Shown here one piece after another: positions 55,601-64,000 of a stretch of 64,000 bases of DNA. This DNA is from Trichinella spiralis (lineage: Eukaryota): NCBI RefSeq assembly GCF_000181795.1, contig NW_003526941.1, positions 8,844,858-8,908,857 of the forward strand, in the 5' to 3' direction. The notes beneath the pieces are model-generated. The model was not told where the DNA came from and did no database searches. It was given only the letters and a program-made list of their open reading frames with translations. Made by a program: the position numbers and the translations under genes. The stretch's first letter is position 1. Each line of letters begins with the position of its first letter.

Positions 55601-56439
55601 TTAGGTTGTTCTTCCTGAGGTTCCTGAGCAAAGTAAATAGTCATTTGCATAATTTACTTAGTATTATACATCTAATCAGAGAACTTCGATTACATTAGGT
55701 TATTCAGTTCAATGCAATGCTATCAATCTAGCACATGGTCAACTATAATTCCGCTCTTCAACACCATCCATGAATAACTGGTAAGTTGGATTTGATATTT
55801 TGGTAGTGGTATGCTATGCATGTTACTTTACTTATATGGTGAATGGGAACTGACGGTTTTTTTTTCTATTGTTGTTATTGTTAACTTTCAGGTACATCAG
55901 ATGCTGAAGAAGAAGAAGTATCTATTTCTGTTTTTTATTTCTAGATGACTGCATTAATATAATTCACTTTTAGAATTTACATTGTTTTATATTCATATCA
56001 ATGAATATGAAACAACCAAATTCTGAAAACTAACTGAATATGGTAACCATGCATCATGATCAATATTCTTTGCTTTTTACTTGAATTTTTCTTTTAAATT
56101 TAGATTGATAGTTGCAGTGCCACTAGCGCCATATTGCTTTCATTCTAACTGCAGCACTAATGTTAAATTATCATGTATATGGTATCATAGATTAGATGCC
56201 CTTGATTCAATTCTTTTAAGAATTGAAAATTACATTTGCCTTGCTACGTTTTGAAAATGCCCAGATGCAATCTATTATCAGTAAAGACAGGTAAAAGCTG
56301 TTGAACAGTGGTTGTTGGAGTTGCTGACCTAGCGTTCAAAAAACGTATGACATAAAACAGTAAGTGTTGAATTTGTTTAATTAGATAGCAAGACGATAGG
56401 CGTATTATAGATATATGTAGAGTTAGGTGACTTCTGTAA

Positions 56440-57600
56440 TTACAGATTACGTCATCAGCTGAGTTTTTATGGCGTTCGTTTTGCTCTGGGCAACGTGATA
56501 AGTCATGCTCACATCATTTCGTTCTAAATTTGGCATCACAAACATCCGTAAGTATTGAATTTGCTCCTGATTGCAGTTGGATCGTACAGTGTTTGGTCCA
56601 GTGACGTTTCCCAGTTGTTCTAGTGTGGTTTCACTTATCATAAAAGTAAGAAGGAATGGATTGTAATTGTAGCAGATTCCCTGAGTCAGTCGAGCAGCGT
56701 TCGTACAATTCCTGACAACGTATTGGTGCTTGTTGCTGATAGTGCGTTTCCAATGTGATATGACAAATTAGCGCGTAGCTTTTGTTTATAATAGCTGTGG
56801 ATTACGTCATCCCATGAAGCTTGTACCGTTTGCAACCCGTGTTCGCATAGACGTAAAGGCGTTTCCTAGCCGTCCCAGTGTCCCAGTTAAGTATTGAATT
56901 TGATTAATTAGATAGGTGGAAAATGCGAGTGTTACATGGATTGAATTTGAATATCTATAATAACATATACATCATTAGCTGAACTGTTTTCAAATTACTT
57001 TCGCTCTGGACACCGTGCTTAGTCGTGTTCACATCAGTTTGTTCTAAATGTGGCATCACAAACATCCGTAAGTATTTAACTTGCTCCTGATTGCAGTTGG
57101 ATACGTAAAGCGTGCACATTTTATCCATGACAGCATTACATTAACATCAAGCGAATTCGACGTTTCTTCTGATGGCCTTCTGAGTTGAAGTTGACGCAGT
57201 GACGTTCATCATTGGTACTAATGTGGTTTCACTTATCATAAGAGTAAGAAAGAAATAAATGTTTGTAATTCTAGCAGACTACGTTGAGACAGTCGAGTAG
57301 CGCTGGTGCCCGTATAGATCTTTCATGAGTGCGTTTCCAATGTGATATGACAAAAATTAGTAATTAGTTTTTGTTTATAATAGCTGTGGATTATGTCGCC
57401 TCATGAAGCCCGTACTGATGCACTAGTTTTCACCTGACGTTTCAATAGCGTTTTCTAGCCGTCCCAATATCACAATAGTAAGAAGGAATTTGATATTATG
57501 ACAGCAATGAAATGTTAAATAGATGCTGTTAAATAGATTTTGTTCTTGATAGCAATGGATTACTTCATCATCAGAAAACTTTTGTTCAGTCGCAGCCGAT
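56440..57600 (-). repeat. Diverged tandem repeat with a unit of about 520-590 bp and coding-like character
   Basis: Shared blocks tggcatcacaaacatccgtaagt (56531/57051), gtggtttcacttatcata, tgcgtttccaatgtgatatgacaaa (56742/57330) and tttgtttataatagctgtggatt (56781/57370). Confidence 0.85.
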
Positions 57601-57929
57601 AGCACTCTCAAATTGCGTTTCCTACGGTTCTGATGTTTTTCCATGTCACCCAAGGTAAGGAATTGCATTATTTTTTGTAGAATTGTTTTGTATTTAAAGT
57701 TTTAGTGCGTAACTGTGAAGACGAGAGCCGCATCTTGAATGATCTCCATCGAATATGGTAATTTTTTATTGATTATGCTGCTGTTATTCGTCTTCAATTT
57801 CTTTAATATGGCTGTAATATGGTATATAACTATATTCAGCTATGTATTTTAGAATCATGGCATGTTTATATTAAATTCTTTATTAGGAGCAGTAGAGAGC
57901 GTAGAGTACTGGTACGTAGCATCAAAGTG

Positions 57930-58205
57930 GATAAAGTAATGCAGGTAAGTAGAGTCGAAGCGGTAAATAATACAGGAAAATGGACTGCAGGTAAGTATTG
58001 AAGGTAAGTACGATAACGTAGGGTGCAGGTAAGTAAAATGAAAAGGTAAGTTGTGCAGGTAAGTATAAAGAAGAATGATATCGTATAGTTAAGTGGATTG
58101 AAGTGTGACAGTGTAGAGGTAAAGGTAAGTATGAGGCGTAACTCTACACTCGGGAGTACGGGAAAGCGCAGTTAAGAAGTGGGGGTAATTCTAAAACGTA
58201 AGTAT
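57930..58205 (+). repeat. Array of AGGTAAGT motifs
   Basis: About 7 AGGTAAGT copies in about 200 bp. Confidence 0.85.
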
Positions 58206-58229
58206 AGAACTATGTAAATTTTCGAAAAA

Positions 58230-58550
58230 AAACCTGAGGGAATGCCCTGGGCGTCGCCTGAAAGCAAATAAAAATTTGCATATCCCCCTGAAGGCAAATA
58301 TTGTGCAATAAAATGCTTTAGGCGTAGCCTGCGGGAATATGCAAATTTTTATTTGCCCTGGGGCATAGCCTGAGGCGACGCCTGCGGCTAAATTTCAAAA
58401 AATTTCGAAGTTTTCAAAAAATTGCCTGAGGCATAGCCCCAGGCGTAGCCTGAGGGCAAATAAAATTTGCATATTACCCTGAGGCGATTAAAAATTTGCA
58501 TAAAACCTCCCTGAGGGCAAATATTGTGCTATAAATGCCTGGGGGATAGC
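58230..58550. repeat. Palindromic/minisatellite-like repeat built from CCTGAGG and GCAAATAAAAATTTGCATAT units, running into a gap
   Basis: gcaaataaaaatttgcatat (58264-58283) is the exact reverse complement of atatgcaaatttttatttgc (58337-58356); gcctgagg/gcgtagcc recur. Confidence 0.85.
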
Positions 58551-58560
58551 NNNNNNNNNN

Positions 58561-60218
58561 AAAGCAAGGCGTATTCATCATAAGGCATAGTTACCATATT
58601 CAGTTAGTTTTCAGAATTTGGCTGTTTTCATATTCACTGATATGAATATAAATAACATAATGCAAATTCTAAAAGTGAATTATATTAATGCAGTCATCTC
58701 TAAATAAAAACAGAAATAGATACTTCTTCTTCTTCCGCATCTGATGTACCTGAAAGTTAGCAATAACAACAATAGAAAAGAAACCCGTCAGTTTCCATTC
58801 ACCATATAAGTATAGTAACATGCATAGCATACCACCACCAAAATATCAAATCCAACTTACCAGTTATTCATGGATGGTGTTGAAGAGCGGAATTATAGTT
58901 GACCACGTGCTAGATTGATAGCATTGCATTGAACTGAATAACCTAATGTAATCGAAGTTCTCTGATTAGATGTATAATACTAAGTAAATTATGCAAATAA
59001 CTATTTACTTTGCTCAGGAACCTCAGGAAGAACAACCTAATTTTCCATCAGTAATAGCGCAGTAAAATAAACATTATGAGCAACATTATGAAACGAGACG
59101 ATGAAATTTATTACGTTTTTATTTACACACTTCCTATTACTACGTAATATTGCATTGTTATGCAAATTTTGTCCCTAAAATTACCTAAAACGGAAACATA
59201 TTAACATGAAGCATCGCAAATTACTAAAAATAAACGGAAATGCTATTACTGCGTATTTATGCATGTTGTGTAATTTAGTTGCTTGAAAGTACAAGGTGAT
59301 TCAATAATTTATATTTTATCAATGCTTTTCTTCTAATCAAAATTATATGGATAATAAAAAAATAGCTTCCATTGAAAATAGTTTCGAAAATAAAATACTT
59401 TTTCAGAAATTTTATAATATACAATTTATCTAAGCACAGAATTTAACAAGTGCGCAGCGTAGACAACATGATGGTAAGCGGCTGCACCAGTGGGTATGCC
59501 ACTTGACAGCTTATTTACTATTGAAATTTTGCTTTAACTAAACTTTTGTTAAAACCTTATGATGATTTATAGTAAGACTGCAAACGTGGTTGAGCACTGC
59601 ATCAGCGCGCCACATACAATGTGAGAAAAACCCTAATCGCAGAAATTCAGTAACTGAGCGATTTGCAATGAATTCAACAAACTTATGCGGGTGACAATTC
59701 TGTATTGCATTTTATGAAAAGAATAAAACAAAAGAATCACGAGTAGCCTAAATTTGGTTATATTGCTAGTCGATAACAATTATAAGAAATTAGATTATTA
59801 TGAAATGAAAACAGCTAAGTGCTGTTCATTCAGCTCGAAATATAGAGGGGGGGGGGTGGGGAGAATTTTTAGTTTAATGCGATTTCTGTTCAGCTTAGTA
59901 TTATTACGAGCTCAATGATGAGGATCATTAGAAAGGAAAGGAGGGTGGGACAACATAGCAGAAAGGAATGAGGGAGAAGTTGAAGGATGGAGGAGGTGGA
60001 AGTTGTCATATGCGTTCTTCCACTCAATCTTCACGTATAATATTCAGGCATTGATTTATTCATCAATACTGGCAACATTTATGGGCATTGAGTTATTTTC
60101 TCAATGACAGAAAATACATGCATCTGTATAAATCAGTGCTATTGGCAATACAATGACATAATGGAAACTTTAAGGAGTCATTTCAAAAATGAAGGGAACG
60201 TTACTGCCATTCTGAAAG
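58561..60218 (+). repeat. Copy B of the F-box/LRR pseudogene segment; an isolated contig between two N-gaps
   Basis: Nearly identical to 62138-63793 and the reverse complement of about 54375-56075; contains the MTENTCICINQCY ORF. Confidence 0.9.
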
Positions 60219-60228
60219 NNNNNNNNNN

Positions 60229-60460
60229 CCTTCACACTTATACTTACCTTCACCCTAATCACTACTTACCTTCAATTTATTCTTACCACCTATTCTTACC
60301 TGACTTACCCTTAACTATTAAACTGCTTACCTATTTATCTTCATACTTACCCATAGCTTCCTTGTCTTTTTAGTCTTATATTTACACTTTACGCTATTTA
60401 CTTAGCCATGTTGCCTTTGACTCTCTGAATCCAGAACTAAAATGAATTCTTACCTAAACT
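60229..60460 (-). repeat. Inverted counterpart of the AGGTAAGT array (CTTACC motifs)
   Basis: About 8 (A)CTTACC copies directly after the gap. Confidence 0.8.
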
Positions 60461-62019
60461 TACTAAATGAAATATCTTGAAAACACTAGTACCAAACAAT
60501 TATAAAAAATTATAAAAATCAATTATGAAAAAATGATGAAAAGCAAAATTATAAAGACCTGAAAAACTAAAACGACAAAATTTACAGTTTAAAACTTTCA
60601 TAGTATATAAAAGTAAAAAACGTAAAAACATACGTCGCCAAACAGAGCGGCATCAACTGGTGGTATTGCTTGGTGATGACGTATTTATCGATGTGATTAC
60701 GAATCTTTGTAAAAACACCACATGTTCAATAACGGATAGTTACCAAAGAATGCAGCAATTTCATTCATCTATATCTAAACTTAATTTGATTCTAAAAATA
60801 TTTGCAAAACAATTGTGCTGAAAAGTAAAGCATGTTAAACAAAATTGATATAAAACAGCCATATTATAAAAAATTAATTGAAGACAAATAACAGTGCATC
60901 GTTGTTCCTTAATTACTAAGTATACAAATTTTCATAAAAAACTACTTGTTAGTCATACAACATTTGTCCTTCATGATGCAACCTTCAACAGTTATGCGCT
61001 GAAATTTTCAATTAAACATTCTTAGCATGTGATAAGCGACACCGCTGTGTGAATGCTATCACTCATCAATAAAAAACAAAATCTCTACTTACAAAATACT
61101 GAAACTTACCTACTCACATAATACTATACAAAAATACTCACCAAACGCACTGATGGCAACACGCACTACCAGACTTGTGTGATGCCCATAGCTCATAGAA
61201 GATTCAGTACTCCTGTAATAAGCAAAGCCACACAGATTTCTGGACCAATACTGGGTAACGCCATTAAGCCAACCTAAATTAACGCAGGAGTATGAACGAG
61301 CTCGATGTTGATGATGAAATCCATTCCTATAATGGGCAAAATGTGTACTTCTCCAGGTTCTCCATCATCATCTGATCTGATGGCACATTTAGAGCGCACT
61401 GAGGTAAACGTGACATACCATGTTGGCAAGAGCAACAGGAATTCCAAAACGTTTCAATTATGTTGACGCACACTATTTAATTCAATAACAAGAAACATAC
61501 AGGATCAGATATAAGTGGAATTAGAAGACATTAATAATAGTAACAGATTATAGATACTCAGTTACTTACAGATTTTTGTACATCTTTTCAATCTATTCAG
61601 GGAAACCTGAACCACCATTAGAGAAAGATATTCAAGTTCAAAGAAATAGTTCCACTGCAGTGACACAACCCATTGCTATAACAAAGTGCATAAAATTCAT
61701 TCTTACTGTAGCGATGAAGAAAACCAGAAAGCGGAACTGTTGAGACACATGACTGATCACGGTAGAAACATGAACAGAGCAATAGTCAAACTAAAAAATA
61801 GAAACTAAATAACACAGAAAAATAAAACATTGGATTACAAAATGTATGAAATTCAAATATCATCGTGATGCACTGTTATTCGGCTTCAATCACTTTTTAT
61901 AATAAGGCTGTTTCTCATAAGTATCATTTCAACCGCTATCCTGAGTTCATACAAAGCGCAAGCAACGTAATAAAGAGAACAGAAATAAATATAGCTGCAT
62001 TACGTACCTGATCAATCGC

Positions 62020-64000
62020 ATTGAATCAACCGCACCTAATCTATGATATCACATTAGTGTTGCAGTAAGAATGAAGGCAATGTGGCGCTAATGGCACTGC
62101 AACCTTCAATCTAAATATAAAAGAAAAAGTCAAGTAAAAAGCAAGGCATATTCATCATGATGCATAGTTACCATATTCAGTTAGTTTTCAGAATTTGGTT
62201 GTTTCATATTCATTGATATGAATATAAATAACATAATGTAAATTCTAAAAGTGAATTATATTAATGCAGTCATCTCTAAATAAAAACAGAAATAGATACT
62301 TCTTCTTCTTCCGCATCTGATGTACCTGAAAGTTAGCAATAACAACAATAGAAAAGAAACCCATCAGTTTCCATTCACCATATAAGTATAGTAACATGCA
62401 TAGCATACCACCACCAAAATATCAAATCCAACTTACCAGTTATTCATGGATGGTGTTGAAGAGCGGTATTATAGTTGACCACGTGCTAGATTGATAGCAT
62501 TGCATTGAACTGAATAACCTAATGTAATCGAAGTTCTCTGATTAGATGTATAATACTAAGTAAATTATGCAAATAACTATTTACTTTGCTCAGGAACCTC
62601 AGGAAGAACAACCTAATTTTCCATCAGTAATAGCGCAGTAAAATAAACATTATGAGCAACATTATGAAACGAGACGATGAAATTTATTACGTTTTTATTT
62701 ACACACTTCCTATTACTACGTAATATTGCATTGTTATGCAAATTTTGTCCCTAAAATTACCTAAAACGGAAACTTATTAACATGAAGCGTCGCAAATTAC
62801 TAAAAATAAACGGAAATGCTATTACTGCGTATTTATGCATGTTGTGTAATTTAGTTGCTTGAAAGTACAAGGTGATTCAATAATTTATATTTTATCAATG
62901 CTTTTCTTCTAATCAAAATTATATGGATAATAAAAAATAGCTTCCATTGAAAATAGTTTCGAAAATAAAATACTTTTTCAGAAATTTTATAATATACAAT
63001 TTATCTAAGCACAGAATTTAACAAGTGCGCAGCGTAGACAACATGATGGTAAGCGGCTGCACCAGTGGGTATGCCACTTGACAGCTTATTTACTATTGAA
63101 ATTTTGCTTTAACTAAACTTTTGTTTAAACCTTATGATGATTTATAGTAAGACTGCAAACGTGGTTGAGCACTGCATCAGCGCGCCACATACAATGTGAG
63201 AAAAACCCTAATCGCAGAAATTCAGTAACTGAGCGATTTGCAATGAATTCAACAAACTTATGCGGGTGACAATTCTGTATTGCATTTTATGAAAAGAATA
63301 AAACAAAAGAATCACGAGTAGCCTAAATTTGGTTATATTGCTAGTCGATAACAATTATGAGAAATTAGATTATTATGAAATGAAAACAGCTAAGTGCTGT
63401 TCATTCAGCTCGAAATATAGAGGGGGGGGGGGTGGGGAGAATTTTTAGTTTAATGCGATTTCTGTTCAGCTTAGTATTATTACGAGCTCAATGATGAGGA
63501 TCATTAGAAAGGAAAGGAGGGTGGGACAACATAGCAGAAAGGAATGAGGGAGAAGTTGAAGGATGGAGGAGGTGGAAGTTGTCATATGCGTTCTTCCACT
63601 CAATCTTCACGTATAATATTCAGGCATTGATTTATTCATCAATACTGGCAACATTTATGGGCATTGAGTTATTTTCTCAATGACAGAAAATACATGCATC
63701 TGTATAAATCAGTGCTATTGGCAATACAATGACATAATGGAAACTTTAAGGAGTCATTTCAAAAATGAAGGGAACGTTACTGCCATTCTGAAAGTATCAA
63801 AGGTGGTAGTAAAAAAGTGTGTTCTCCACGTAACAGCAGCTTTCCTACGTCATGCTGAAACAATCTTGTGCACGATATGAGTAGTTACAAGCATTTTGGG
63901 ATAGGATTGAGCGACTGCAGTATCCCGGTGACAGACATTTCCTTTAAACAACTGGGCAAGTATGTTATATTAGCAATAAACATTACAGTGGGCTGTAAAG
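62020..64000 (+). pseudogene. Copy C of the decayed F-box/LRR gene, running off the window
   Basis: Reverse-complement match to 54170-56215. Identical 66-aa ORF at 63680 and 54488. F-box-like YLSTEFNKCAA*TT*W near 63000. Confidence 0.6.

Noticed and set aside
58230..58550. CRISPR-like array
   Set aside because: Eukaryotic context, irregular units in both orientations, no unique spacers and no cas genes.
60240..60249. ATACTTACCT matching the 5' end of U1 snRNA
   Set aside because: The following sequence has no U1 stem-loops or Sm site; it is one unit of the CTTACC array.
61215..61350. DNase II-like remnant
   Set aside because: Only a faint resemblance; no HxK motifs or DWF start.

Overview
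AT-rich eukaryotic genomic DNA with short GT-AG introns and TTTCAG-type acceptors. The gene set and style point to a nematode, most likely Trichinella-like (inference, not confirmed). From left to right: about 7 kb of microsatellite-rich non-coding DNA; a ROR/CAM-1 receptor tyrosine kinase (+); an orphan two-RRM protein with a Q/N-rich tail (+); an orphan secreted Cys-rich protein (-); proteasome alpha-6 (-); a same-strand run of IFT46 (N-terminally short, with an X-box), SEL1L, MRPS5 and a mitochondrial TFB2M-like gene (+). The second intron of the TFB2M-like gene contains a complete antisense single-Ig, GPI-anchor-like gene. Next come a Thr-rich gene with a VASP-tetramer-like tail (-) and a five-domain SMOC/Pentagone-like gene (-), 3.2 kb of which is duplicated across an N-gap (probably an assembly artefact). 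From about 53 kb to the end is a head-to-head inverted duplication of decayed F-box/LRR (FBXL2/20-like) sequences, centred on splice-donor-like arrays and a palindromic repeat next to two gaps. All exon joins and family calls were made by eye; no alignments or searches were run.
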